NCBI GenBank assembly: GCA_965223335.1
Contig: OZ244991.1
Location: 2,432,001 to 2,496,000 of the forward strand
DNA from: Thermodesulfobacteriota bacterium
GTDB taxonomy: Bacteria > Desulfobacterota_D > UBA1144 > Nemesobacterales > UBA2774
Direction: 5' to 3'
Length of the DNA: 64,000 nucleotides
Below are positions 10,688 to 21,065 of this stretch, piece by piece. Below the pieces are notes generated by a model, which was not told the origin of the DNA, made no database searches, and saw only the letters and a program-made list of their open reading frames with translations. Both the position numbers and the translations under genes were made by a program. Numbering within the stretch: position 1 is the stretch's first letter; each line of letters opens with the position of its first letter.

Positions 10688-10780
10688 TATAATTAAGAAC
10701 TTTTCCTTCTAATTACGACAATCCGGTAATTATTATTTACATATTTATGCAAAATGTTGTATAATTGCGCTTAGAATTAT
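10688..10780 (+). promoter_or_regulatory. duplicated upstream region with sigma70-like promoter (second copy at 14047-14139)
   Basis: ~90-bp segment nearly identical to the one upstream of A3; contains TTTACA-N18-TATAAT. Confidence 0.65.
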
Positions 10781-10833
10781 GTATTGTGCAAAAGAGTTAT
10801 ATAAAAAGACTTTAGTCAAAGGAGGAATTAAGG

Positions 10834-11880
10834 ATGATTCAGAGTACAGTATCAAGAGTAATTTGCTTAACATTATTAGCAGTTATGCTTGCCATACCGA
10901 CGGTATCGATGGCCGGCGGGCCGGTCGAGACTATAGACCAGACCGACCAGGCCACAGGCAGGGTTGTTGCGTTCTGGGATATGCGTATGGCGCGCCAGAC
11001 CTTTGTACAAGTGACTAATACAGGGCAATTCAGCTCACTAGTCCACGTTCAGATCTTCAACGTTACTTCGCCTGCAACAATTTGCGAAGAGACTGATTTC
11101 AATGATCGATATACACCGGGAGACACTCATGTTTACGACCTGGGCAACCTTGTATCCAACAACGATGCCGACGGACTCGGAGGTGTAGGGCTCTCTGCCC
11201 CTGCCGCTGACCTGGACGAGGGATATGGATTATTTGTTGTGTCTGTGGTGGATGGATCGTTCTTAATCGGTATGTTCAGGATCATAGACGGTGATGGAGA
11301 TTTCGAATACAGGACAAATACCGCTGGCGAAGAACCTTCTCCTTTTATTTTCTTAGGAGGCGACAACTACTGGAGTATAGCGGACCTTAACTTCAACGAC
11401 GTAGACGGTTCTAACTTGTCCGACGTAGTAGGTCTTGTATACAGAAGCGTTAGTCCGAGCAGTGTTGTAGCCAGCCCGCTTATACAGGCAACTTTTGGCA
11501 ATGCTACAGGGAATGTTGGCAGTTTTGCTCCCCAGATCCATATATTTGACGAGTTCGAAAGCCCCACATCCTGCAGCCCCTCAACTTTTGCATGCGCCCC
11601 CACACAGCTAGACAAGGGCATAGACAATTTCCACCCCAACTCTAAGGGCGAGGTTAATAGAATTTGTAACGACAGTGTGGATGTAGGGTGGCTCTATATG
11701 CCGTTTCAGAGATTCAACTGTTTTGATCAGGATCCTGACAATGGGGTTTGTGTATCCATAAACTCGCCAGATGTGTTTTTTGTAGGATTTTTGGGACTAA
11801 ACAATGGCAACGGTACAGGCTCCATGGATTCGTGGTGGACCCCTGGTATATGTGATGAACCTGGTTGCCCTACTGGATAA
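10834..11880 (+). CDS. array secreted protein, type A (A2)
   Basis: GGAGG RBS; signal peptide ending SMA-G; all family blocks present. Confidence 0.9.
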   Translation: MIQSTVSRVICLTLLAVMLAIPTVSMAGGPVETIDQTDQATGRVVAFWDMRMARQTFVQVTNTGQFSSLVHVQIFNVTSPATICEETDFNDRYTPGDTHVYDLGNLVSNNDADGLGGVGLSAPAADLDEGYGLFVVSVVDGSFLIGMFRIIDGDGDFEYRTNTAGEEPSPFIFLGGDNYWSIADLNFNDVDGSNLSDVVGLVYRSVSPSSVVASPLIQATFGNATGNVGSFAPQIHIFDEFESPTSCSPSTFACAPTQLDKGIDNFHPNSKGEVNRICNDSVDVGWLYMPFQRFNCFDQDPDNGVCVSINSPDVFFVGFLGLNNGNGTGSMDSWWTPGICDEPGCPTG

Positions 11881-11924
11881 TAATTAATTTGAAAAAGATG
11901 AAAAACTCAAAGGAGGAAACTCGG

Positions 11925-13865
11925 ATGATTAGATATTCTTTAACAGCAATAATGGTGCTGGTACTGATGGGGCTAGTTTATATCCCACAGGCCCAGGCCC
12001 AGATTGGTACAGACAACCTCTTCTGTCCGGCTGTGCCTAACGACACAGGGTGGCTAGAAGTACAGATACCTAACCCGGCTCAGGCCGACTTTACCGCTGG
12101 ACTCATAGGTACGGTAGAGGGTTTTGCGGGTTCTGCAGTTGGTGGGCTTGACTGGATGCATAACAACGATACATTTGATCCATTCTTTCCAAACTTCAAC
12201 GCTAACCCCACACCTACCACAGACAGCGGCTCACAGCTTGTGACCTGGTGGACACAGGCAGACAGCCGCAACACCTCTGTGCAGGTTACAAATACAAACG
12301 TCTTCTCGGGCATAAACGTCCACGTGCGTATATTGGATGCAAACTGTGTAGAGATCCGTAACTTCTGCGATACTTACACCCCCGGGGACACTCATGTGTA
12401 CGACCTGGGCAACCTGGTAAGTAACGCAGGTGCACCGATAGCCGACGAAAACCTACAGGGTAAAGAGGGCATATTGGTAGTAACCTCGGTAAACGGATGC
12501 CCCAACCCTGACCAGGCAATAGAGCATGACTACCTAACAGGTCAGACGGTGATCGTAGACTCTCAGGACTACATGTACGGAGTAAACATGTATGCCCGTC
12601 AGGCTTTCTGCGACGAGGCCGGGGATATAAACCTAGTACTAAACGGTAGCTTCCAGACTGGGGACCTTACCGAATGGTTTATCGAGCAAGGCAGTACTGT
12701 TGCTCCTGAAGCTGGGGTGATAAACTCCACAGGGATATCCCCGAACGTTGCAGTACCACCTGCAACACCTCCAGATCCTGCAAATGATTTTATGGCGTTT
12801 GTAGCGTCCGGAGCGAACTTCCCTAACACATTTTATGATGGGGGTTCGTTTGGAAACCTAGCTGACTTCTTCTTAATCAGTGGTGGTCCGTTTGGTTCTG
12901 GTAACACAAACGTTACAATCCTAGAATCAGCTCAATTTACGACTACAGCATCGAACACACTTACTTATGACTATTCATTGCTATCGGCAGATGATGATGA
13001 CTGTGACCCTGCATTGGCAGTGCTACTTATCAATATACCGCCAGCACCTTCACTACCTGCCATAGTAGCTGGACAGTGTTATATCGATCCATTCAACTCA
13101 GGGACTACTGCAACATTAAATCTGACAGCAGGTACCGTACCATGCCAAACAATACCTACCAACGACACTGTATACACTATAAGCCCATTTGTATTTGATG
13201 GTGGCAATTCAAGCTTTAACCCAGATACTATCGGACCGTTTCCTGCCGGTGACTATGTAATCCAGGTTGTATCGGTACAGGATTTTGGTATCGCAGCAGG
13301 TTGTCTTGATACTGGTGACGATACAGGGGCCTTGGTAGACAACTTCCGTGTTATTGAAGCCCTTGTATGCGATGGGACACTAGACGGAGTTAACTCGTTC
13401 CTAGACATTGTAGACCCGACTATCCTCGCAGGCCAGTTTAATGTACAGACAGGTGCTGCAGGTGGAGACGTAGCGCTTATCTCCTTTATAGACGACTACG
13501 GTCCCCCATACCGCGCAGTAGCAGCAGCCACAGACACTGCAGTAGGCATATGGGACGACACCGAGGACTTCTCGAGCTGCGGCGACGTACCGGTGTGCTT
13601 CCTGCGCTTAGGTGTGGACGAAGCAGTAGTGGCCAGTCAGGACTTTGTAGTATCCCCGACACTAGGGCCGACACTGCCACCGACAACACCACCTACACTG
13701 GGCCCGACCTCTACACCTACGAATCCGCCTAGCGGAAGTGGGAGCGGAAGCTGTGCAATAGCAGCTAGCCCTGTAGAGCTTGGAAGCGGACTAGCCAACG
13801 TACTTATCCCACTAATACCGGTAGCGTTTGTATTCGGGGTAAGAAGGCTCCGCAGAAAGAAGTAG
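11925..13865 (+). CDS. array surface-anchored protein, type B (B1)
   Basis: AGGAGG RBS; signal peptide ending AQA-Q; type-A-like scaffold with a variable NGSF..DNF insert; PT-rich linker; GSGSGSC + hydrophobic helix + RRLRRKK. Confidence 0.9.
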   Translation: MIRYSLTAIMVLVLMGLVYIPQAQAQIGTDNLFCPAVPNDTGWLEVQIPNPAQADFTAGLIGTVEGFAGSAVGGLDWMHNNDTFDPFFPNFNANPTPTTDSGSQLVTWWTQADSRNTSVQVTNTNVFSGINVHVRILDANCVEIRNFCDTYTPGDTHVYDLGNLVSNAGAPIADENLQGKEGILVVTSVNGCPNPDQAIEHDYLTGQTVIVDSQDYMYGVNMYARQAFCDEAGDINLVLNGSFQTGDLTEWFIEQGSTVAPEAGVINSTGISPNVAVPPATPPDPANDFMAFVASGANFPNTFYDGGSFGNLADFFLISGGPFGSGNTNVTILESAQFTTTASNTLTYDYSLLSADDDDCDPALAVLLINIPPAPSLPAIVAGQCYIDPFNSGTTATLNLTAGTVPCQTIPTNDTVYTISPFVFDGGNSSFNPDTIGPFPAGDYVIQVVSVQDFGIAAGCLDTGDDTGALVDNFRVIEALVCDGTLDGVNSFLDIVDPTILAGQFNVQTGAAGGDVALISFIDDYGPPYRAVAAATDTAVGIWDDTEDFSSCGDVPVCFLRLGVDEAVVASQDFVVSPTLGPTLPPTTPPTLGPTSTPTNPPSGSGSGSCAIAASPVELGSGLANVLIPLIPVAFVFGVRRLRRKK

Positions 13866-14000
13866 AAGTAACAATTTAAACAACAAGATGAAAGCAAGGT
13901 CGCAAAACCTTGCTTCCATTATTAAAATGTCCTTTTTTGGACGTGGATGAGTGGCGGGGATATAGTCGAGTATAACCCGGTCATTCTGTCCTTCCTTCTT

Positions 14001-14035
14001 AAAAACGGCGGGGGCCCAGTTCCCGCCGTTTTTTT
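14001..14035 (+). terminator. Rho-independent terminator after B1
   Basis: aaaaacggcggg/cccgccgttttt. Confidence 0.8.
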
Positions 14036-14190
14036 ATTCATTGCGTATAATTAAGAACTTTCCCTTCTAATTATGACAATCCGGTAATTATTATTTACAT
14101 ATTTATACATAATATTGTATAATTGGGCTTAGAATTATAAATTCTCTAACAAAGTTATATAAAGAGAGCCTGTAAAAGGAGGGATATAGG

Positions 14191-15228
14191 ATGTTAAAGA
14201 GAACAGTTTTAAAACTACAATATTTATTTATTCTAGCAGTGTTAGCTGTTTTACCCCTACTTCCGATAAACGCTCATGCAGGTTTTAACGACTTTGACCC
14301 CGTAGATCAAACTGATGCCGTATCATATGCAGTAGTCTATTTCTGGGATTTACGTATGGCGCGCCAGACCTATGCACAGCTAACCAACATGTCACAGTTC
14401 AATATTTCGGTCCATGTACAAATATTTAATGTGGCATCACCTGCAGTAATCTGTGAAGAAACCAACTTTGACGATATATACACACCGGGCGACACGCATG
14501 TATATGACCTAAGCAACTTAGTATCCAACAACGATGCCGACGGACTGGGTTTTGTAGGCAACTCAGCCCCCAATGCAGACCTAGACGAAGGATACGGTCT
14601 CATAGTCGTCAGCACGCCACGCTTTCAAGATGTCCTAATTGGCATGTTTAGGATCATAGACGGTGACAGTGACTTCGAGTATAGGACCAATGCCGCTGGT
14701 GAGATATTTTTCAATAACCCTCGGGTGTGGACCACGGGTGTACTTAATTTTAACAACGTAGACGGTGCTAATCTGTCCGACGTAGTAGGTCTTGTATACA
14801 GAAGGGTAGGCTCTTTTTCAGTAACAGCAGGCCCGCATATCCAGGCACTATTCGGCGACGCAACTGGTGATGTGACCGATCCTACCCCCCAGATCCATAT
14901 ATTTGACGAGTTCGAGAGCCCCACATCCTGCAGCCCTACAACTTTCACATGCGACACCGGCCTCGTTGATAAAGCAATCGATAATTTCCACCCCAACTCT
15001 AAGGGCGAAGTTAATAGGATATGTAACGACAGTGTAGATGTAGGATGGCTCTTTATGCCGCTCCAAAGGTTCTTTTGTTTCGATGTCGATCCTGATGGAG
15101 GCGATTGTAGTATTGGCAACGGAGGAGCATATTTCGTGGGCTTCCTGGGGCTAAACAACGGTGACGGAACGGGTTCGATGGACTCGTGGTGGACACCTAG
15201 CCCCGACGACGAGACTCCTTTGCCTTAA
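14191..15228 (+). CDS. array secreted protein, type A (A3)
   Basis: AGGAGG RBS; signal peptide ending AHA-G; family blocks. Confidence 0.9.
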   Translation: MLKRTVLKLQYLFILAVLAVLPLLPINAHAGFNDFDPVDQTDAVSYAVVYFWDLRMARQTYAQLTNMSQFNISVHVQIFNVASPAVICEETNFDDIYTPGDTHVYDLSNLVSNNDADGLGFVGNSAPNADLDEGYGLIVVSTPRFQDVLIGMFRIIDGDSDFEYRTNAAGEIFFNNPRVWTTGVLNFNNVDGANLSDVVGLVYRRVGSFSVTAGPHIQALFGDATGDVTDPTPQIHIFDEFESPTSCSPTTFTCDTGLVDKAIDNFHPNSKGEVNRICNDSVDVGWLFMPLQRFFCFDVDPDGGDCSIGNGGAYFVGFLGLNNGDGTGSMDSWWTPSPDDETPLP

Positions 15229-15296
15229 CTATAGTATTTGTTAGCTGACAGAATATGAGTTTATTGCGAAGAGACAAAAATATTGAGGAGGACGGA

Positions 15297-16325
15297 ATGA
15301 TGATTCAGAGTACATTATCAAGATTTATTTGCTTAATGGTTTTAGCTCTTATGCTTGCAATACCGACAGTCTCCATGGCTGGGCTTTTTCAGCCTATATT
15401 AGACCAGACGGATGCATCCGAAGACGATTTGGTCTATTTCTGGGATATGCGCATGGCCCGCCAGACCTTTGTACAGGTAACTAATTTAGGTCAGGACACA
15501 GTTACGGTACACGTTCAAATCTTTAATGTAACTTCACCGGTTACAGTTTGTGAGGAGACTGACTTCAACGATCAGTTCACTGCAGGTGATACACACGTAT
15601 ACGACCTGGGCAACCTTGTGTCCAATAACGATGCCGATGGATTAGGTGGAGTTGGATTCTCAGCCCCTGCTGCGGACCTTGACGAAGGTTATGGTCTGCT
15701 TGTAGTATCTGCGTTCTTAGGCCCTCAAGACTCATTAATCGGTATGTTCCGCATAATAGACGGGGACTCCGATTTTGAGTATAGGACCAATGCTGCCGGA
15801 GAGTTACGTACTAATGCGTTAATAGCTGGTTGGTCTTATGGTGTGCTCAACTTTAATGATGTAGACGGAGCCAACCTTTCTGATGTAATAGGTCTTGTTT
15901 ACAGAAGAGTTGACGACGCATCCGTCATAGCCAGCCCTAATATACAGGCAGTGTTCGGTTATCCCACAGGGGATGTTACTGATGCAAGTCCCCAAATCCA
16001 TATCTTCGACGAGTTCGAGAGCCCCACATCATGCAGCCCCACCACATTTGCATGCGCCCCCACACTGCTAGACAAGGGCATAGACAACTTCCACCCCAAT
16101 TCTAAGGGCGAGGTTAACAGGATTTGCAACGACAGTGTGGATGTAGGATGGCTGTTTATGCCGTTTCAAACGTTTCTCTGTTTTGATGAGGACCCGGATG
16201 CAGGAAATTGTGGTTTCGCAGGAAGATATTTTGTTGGCTTCCTAGGACTTAACAACGGCAACGGGACCGGATCCATGGATTCGTGGTGGACGCCAGGAGA
16301 TTCTGACGAGTCCAATCTCCCATAG
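15297..16325 (+). CDS. array secreted protein, type A (A4)
   Basis: GAGGAG RBS (start 15297 or 15300); signal peptide; family blocks. Confidence 0.9.
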   Translation: MMIQSTLSRFICLMVLALMLAIPTVSMAGLFQPILDQTDASEDDLVYFWDMRMARQTFVQVTNLGQDTVTVHVQIFNVTSPVTVCEETDFNDQFTAGDTHVYDLGNLVSNNDADGLGGVGFSAPAADLDEGYGLLVVSAFLGPQDSLIGMFRIIDGDSDFEYRTNAAGELRTNALIAGWSYGVLNFNDVDGANLSDVIGLVYRRVDDASVIASPNIQAVFGYPTGDVTDASPQIHIFDEFESPTSCSPTTFACAPTLLDKGIDNFHPNSKGEVNRICNDSVDVGWLFMPFQTFLCFDEDPDAGNCGFAGRYFVGFLGLNNGNGTGSMDSWWTPGDSDESNLP

Positions 16326-16406
16326 CAACGAAAGTAATGCTACACAGAGTACAAGTACAAAATGAACAATAACACAAGGACGAATAAAATTAAGGAGGAA
16401 ACACGG

Positions 16407-18383
16407 ATGATTAGACAATTCTTAACAGCAATAATGGTGCTGGTACTGATGGGGCTAGTTTATATCCCACAGGCCCAGGCCCAGATTGGTACAGACAACC
16501 TCTTCTGTCCGGCTGTGCCTAACGACACAGGCTGGCTAGAGGTACAGATCCCAAACCCGGCTCAGGCCGACTTTACCGCTGGACTCATAGGTACGGTAGA
16601 GGGTTTTGCGGGTTCTGCAGTGGGTGGTTTGGACTGGATGCATAACAACGACGATTTTGCACCGTTCTTCCCATTCTTTAACGCTAACCCCACACCTACC
16701 ACAGACAGCGGCTCGCAGCTTGTGACCTGGTGGACACAGGCAGACAGCCGCAACACCTCTGTGCAGGTTACAAACTCAAACGTCTTCTCGGGTATAAACG
16801 TCCACGTGCGTATACTGGATGCAAACTGTGTAGAGATTCGTAACTTCTGCGATGCTTACACTCCCGGTGACACTCATGTGTATGACCTGGGGAACTTGGT
16901 AAGCAACGCAGGTGCACCGATAGCCGACGAAAACCTACAGGGCAAAGAGGGTATATTGGTAGTAACCTCGGTAAACGGATGTCCCAACCCTGATGAGGCT
17001 ATAGAGCATGACTACCTAACAGGTCAGACGGTTATCGTAGACTCTCAGGACTACATGTATGGAGTAAACATGTATGCCCGTCAGGCATTCTGTGACGAGG
17101 CCGGGGAAGTGAACATAATCAATAACGGCAGCTTCCAGAGTGGTGATCTTACCGGGTGGTTTGGAGCACAATTTACTCAACCACCATTACCCTTTGGTGT
17201 TATCGATCGAACAGGCATATCCCCCAACTTTGCAGCACCGCCTGCAACACCTCCGGACCCGGCTAATGATTTCTATGCATTTGTAGCACAATCCGATCTC
17301 AGTCTTTTTTATGGTGGAGGTTCTTTCGGTGGATTCCCTCCTACAGGGTTAGCAACGACAGACCTCTTTGTTGGTTTTGGTCCTCCATTGAGTGGTGCTG
17401 AAACCAACACAACCGTATTGCAAAGTGCCAACATCCCTGTCACCACCACTTCACTTGGAAATCTCATCACATATAATGCTGCGATATTAAGTGGAGGCCC
17501 TGTAAACACCTGTACTTCAGCGCATGCCGTGATTCTGATAGACCCAACAGGGGCAGCAGGAAACCCACAGATGGTTGATGCTAACTGTTATTACGACCCG
17601 TTTTATCTTAACCCCCCAACCTCTATCAACCTTATTAACAATGGTGTTGCAACTAGACCATGCACAGCTTTACCAACAAATGCTACCTCATACGCACTAG
17701 GAGCGTTCACGTTCCCTATGGGCAGTTCCTCGTTTATAAACGACACACTTACTGTCCCGGGTCCTGGCAATTATGTATTGCAAGTAGTTACAATGCAATC
17801 GTTTGGTTTAGATTGTCTGGTTGATTTTGATTCAGCTATCCTCGTAGACAACTTCCAGTTCTTAGAACCGTTTGTATGTTTCGAGGGCATAACTCCACTA
17901 GACGGAGTTAACTCCTTCTTGGATATAGTAGACCCGACTATCCTCGCAGGCCAGTTTAATGTACAGACCGGTGCTGCAGGTGGAGACGTAGCGCTTATCT
18001 CTTTTATAGACGACTACGGTCCCCCATACCGCGCAGTAGCAGCAGCAACAGACACTGCAGTGGGTATATGGGACGACACAGAAGACTTCTCAAGCTGTGG
18101 CGACGTACCGGTGTGCTTCTTAAGGTTGGGTGTGGACGAAGCAGTAGTGGCCAGTCAGGACTTTGTAGTAGCCCCGACACTAGGGCCGACACTGCCACCG
18201 ACAACACCACCTACACTGGGACCGACCTCTACACCTACGAATCCGCCTAGCGGCAGTGGGAGTGGAAGCTGTGCAATAGCAGCAAGCCCAGTAGAGCTTG
18301 GAAGCGGACTAGCCAACGTACTTATCCCACTAGTACCAGTAGCATTTGTATTCGGGGTAAGAAGACTGCGTAGGAAGAAATAA
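16407..18383 (+). CDS. array surface-anchored protein, type B (B2)
   Basis: AAGGAGG RBS; N- and C-terminal parts nearly identical to B1, central insert strongly divergent; same C-terminal tail. Confidence 0.9.
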   Translation: MIRQFLTAIMVLVLMGLVYIPQAQAQIGTDNLFCPAVPNDTGWLEVQIPNPAQADFTAGLIGTVEGFAGSAVGGLDWMHNNDDFAPFFPFFNANPTPTTDSGSQLVTWWTQADSRNTSVQVTNSNVFSGINVHVRILDANCVEIRNFCDAYTPGDTHVYDLGNLVSNAGAPIADENLQGKEGILVVTSVNGCPNPDEAIEHDYLTGQTVIVDSQDYMYGVNMYARQAFCDEAGEVNIINNGSFQSGDLTGWFGAQFTQPPLPFGVIDRTGISPNFAAPPATPPDPANDFYAFVAQSDLSLFYGGGSFGGFPPTGLATTDLFVGFGPPLSGAETNTTVLQSANIPVTTTSLGNLITYNAAILSGGPVNTCTSAHAVILIDPTGAAGNPQMVDANCYYDPFYLNPPTSINLINNGVATRPCTALPTNATSYALGAFTFPMGSSSFINDTLTVPGPGNYVLQVVTMQSFGLDCLVDFDSAILVDNFQFLEPFVCFEGITPLDGVNSFLDIVDPTILAGQFNVQTGAAGGDVALISFIDDYGPPYRAVAAATDTAVGIWDDTEDFSSCGDVPVCFLRLGVDEAVVASQDFVVAPTLGPTLPPTTPPTLGPTSTPTNPPSGSGSGSCAIAASPVELGSGLANVLIPLVPVAFVFGVRRLRRKK

Positions 18384-18441
18384 TGGGGACCGCAAGGGAG
18401 CAGTTTCATCGCGACCGACAGGGTATAAATGGGGTCGCGGG
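18383..18441 (-). repeat. REP-like element
   Basis: Reverse complement cccgcgaccccatttataccctgtcggtcgc...gctcccttgcggtccccat matches 57956-57998 and 58177-58234. Confidence 0.7.
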
Positions 18442-18629
18442 AAAGAAGTAGCATTATAAGACTCAACAAAACACGAGCGGGGTAGGAAATCACACACCTA
18501 CCCTGCTCCCTTCTTTTGCAACTAAATAAAGCTTTTCAAATATACCAATATTGTATTATAATAGTCTCAATATTAGGAAGAAGTTTGCATAGAGCAATTA
18601 AATCCAATCCTTTAAAGGAGGAAAGTAGG

Positions 18630-19673
18630 ATGATAAGCAGGCTAATATCAAAGACAAAGTACCTATTATTGCTGACATTAATCTTAATCCCGATCAAATC
18701 TTTTGCGGGTGATGATGTATTTTCCGATGCTATTGACCAGACCGACCGCAGTGTAGAAGACCTGGTCTATTTCTGGGACCTGCGCATGGCGCGCCAGACT
18801 TTTGCACAGTTGACCAACGTCTCACAGGGCAACGCATTTGTACATGTGCAAATATTCAACGTCACATCCCCTGCCGTTGTGTGCGAAGAGACCGACTTCG
18901 ACGACGTATACACCCCTGGCGACACACACGTATATGACCTAAGCAATTTGGTATCCAACTCCGATGCCGACGGGCTTACATTCGGCCCCGGGTTCTCGGC
19001 CCCCAACGCCGACCTTGACGAGGGCTACGGCCTTATGGTCATCTCGCTCGACTCAGGGCCCATAGACCCTCTAATCGGAATGTTCAGGATCATTGACGGC
19101 GACGGCGATTTTGAGTATAGGACCAATGCTGCGGGCGAAGAATTCTTCGGCTCCCCTTTCAATGACCTCTATTTCACCGCCGATGTTAATTTCAACAACG
19201 TAGACGGCTCCAACCTGTCCGACCTGGTAGGCCTTGTTTACAGGAGAGTCAACAACAGGTCGGTCGTTACCAGCCCCGAGCTATCTATTGTCTTTGGCTA
19301 TCCAACTGGTGATGTCGGCAGCGCACAACCCCAGATCCATATCTTCGATGAGTTCGAGAGCCCCACATCTTGCAGCCCGACTACGTTCTCATGTGCCCCG
19401 ACACTTGTGGACAAGGGCATAGACAACTTCCACCCCAACAGTAAGGGCGAGGTTAACAGGATTTGTAACGACAGTGTGGACGTAGGGTGGCTCTATATGC
19501 CTATCCAGCAGTTCTTCTGCTTCGATTTCGATCCTATATCGGGCCAGTGCCCATTCGGCAGCGTGTTCTTCGTAGGGTTCCTAGGGCTTAACAACGGAGA
19601 CGGTACAGGCTCGATGGACTCGTGGTGGACCCCAAGTGCATGCGATGAATCCGGCTGTCCCCCACCTGCATAG
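18630..19673 (+). CDS. array secreted protein, type A (A5)
   Basis: AAGGAGG RBS before ATG 18630; signal peptide; family blocks. Confidence 0.9.
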   Translation: MISRLISKTKYLLLLTLILIPIKSFAGDDVFSDAIDQTDRSVEDLVYFWDLRMARQTFAQLTNVSQGNAFVHVQIFNVTSPAVVCEETDFDDVYTPGDTHVYDLSNLVSNSDADGLTFGPGFSAPNADLDEGYGLMVISLDSGPIDPLIGMFRIIDGDGDFEYRTNAAGEEFFGSPFNDLYFTADVNFNNVDGSNLSDLVGLVYRRVNNRSVVTSPELSIVFGYPTGDVGSAQPQIHIFDEFESPTSCSPTTFSCAPTLVDKGIDNFHPNSKGEVNRICNDSVDVGWLYMPIQQFFCFDFDPISGQCPFGSVFFVGFLGLNNGDGTGSMDSWWTPSACDESGCPPPA

Positions 19674-19696
19674 ATCATAATTATACTTAGACTACT

Positions 19697-19731
19697 ATAA
19701 GGAGCGGGTTATTTAAAATCCCGCTCCTTAT
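19697..19731 (+). terminator. terminator-like hairpin after A5
   Basis: ataaggagcggg/cccgctccttat. Confidence 0.65.
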
Positions 19732-19981
19732 CCTTGCCGAAAAGTAAAAAATCCCTCTAAAATACTCTTACAACTACATTTGACCGCTTAACGTCACTGT
19801 ATTGTTTTAACATAGGGACTTTCCAACGGTTGTGTATTCAATGAATTTACTAATTACTATTGCCACAATTAAGAATATTGTAGTATAATATCATTCAAGA
19901 ATTATATTTGCTCATCAGAGTGTATTTATAATAATAAAGACTAGTTATAGTAATAATATCTATATCAAGGAGGAAACACGG

Positions 19982-21010
19982 ATGATTCAGAGTACAGTAT
20001 CTAGAGTAATTTGCTTAGCTTTTATAGCTGTGTTTGCAGTTATGCCGATATTACCAAATGATGCAGACGCAGGAGTTTTTGAAGCAATAGACCAGACCGA
20101 CCAGGCCACTGATAGTCTGGTTGTGTTCTGGGATATGCGTATGGCGCGCCAGACCTTTGTACAGGTAACTAATTTAGGTCAGGGCACGGTCACGGTACAC
20201 GTCCAAATCTTTAATGTAACTTCGCCTGTTACAGTTTGTGAAGAGACCGACTTCAACGATCGGTTCACTGCCGGTGATACACACGTATACGACCTGGGCA
20301 ACCTAGTGTCGAACAACGATGCCGATGGATTAGGTGGAGTTGGATTCTCAGCCCCAGCCGCTCAACTGGACGAAGGTTATGGCCTGCTTGTAGTATCTGC
20401 ATTCTTAGGCCCTCGTGGTGCCCTTATCGGCATGTTTCGTATCGTAGACGGCGACGGTGACTTTGAGTACAGGACAAATGCAGCTGGTGAAAATTTCATC
20501 GGTATTATAGATACATGGACTCGTGGCGATCTAAACTTCAATAATGTAGACGGATCCAACCTCTCGGATGTAGTTGGACTTGTTTACAGAAGGGTAAGTG
20601 TTTCTTCTGTAATTGCCAGCCCTCTAATCCAGGCAGTGTTTGGCAATGCTACTGGTGATGTTGGCAGCACGAATCCCCAGATCCATATATTCGACGAGTT
20701 CGAGAGCCCAACATCTTGCAGCCCCACCACATTTACATGTGCCCCGACACTGTTAGACAAGGGCATAGACAACTTCCACCCCAATTCCAAGGGCGAAGTA
20801 AACAGGATATGTAACGACAGCGTGGACGTAGGGTGGCTCTATATGCCGCTTCAGAGATTTAACTGCTTCGATCAAGACCCTGATGCGGGTAATTGCCAGT
20901 CGCTAAACCAATTCGTTGGGTTTTTGGGCCTTAACAACGGCAACGGCACCGGTTCTATGGACTCGTGGTGGACAACTGGTGTATTTGATGAAACACCAGT
21001 TGGACCGTAA
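19982..21010 (+). CDS. array secreted protein, type A (A6)
   Basis: AAGGAGG RBS; signal peptide; family blocks. Confidence 0.9.
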   Translation: MIQSTVSRVICLAFIAVFAVMPILPNDADAGVFEAIDQTDQATDSLVVFWDMRMARQTFVQVTNLGQGTVTVHVQIFNVTSPVTVCEETDFNDRFTAGDTHVYDLGNLVSNNDADGLGGVGFSAPAAQLDEGYGLLVVSAFLGPRGALIGMFRIVDGDGDFEYRTNAAGENFIGIIDTWTRGDLNFNNVDGSNLSDVVGLVYRRVSVSSVIASPLIQAVFGNATGDVGSTNPQIHIFDEFESPTSCSPTTFTCAPTLLDKGIDNFHPNSKGEVNRICNDSVDVGWLYMPLQRFNCFDQDPDAGNCQSLNQFVGFLGLNNGNGTGSMDSWWTTGVFDETPVGP

Positions 21011-21065
21011 ATATCAAATGAAAATAAAAAACAAAAAGATGAATAAAATTAAGGAGGAAACTCGG

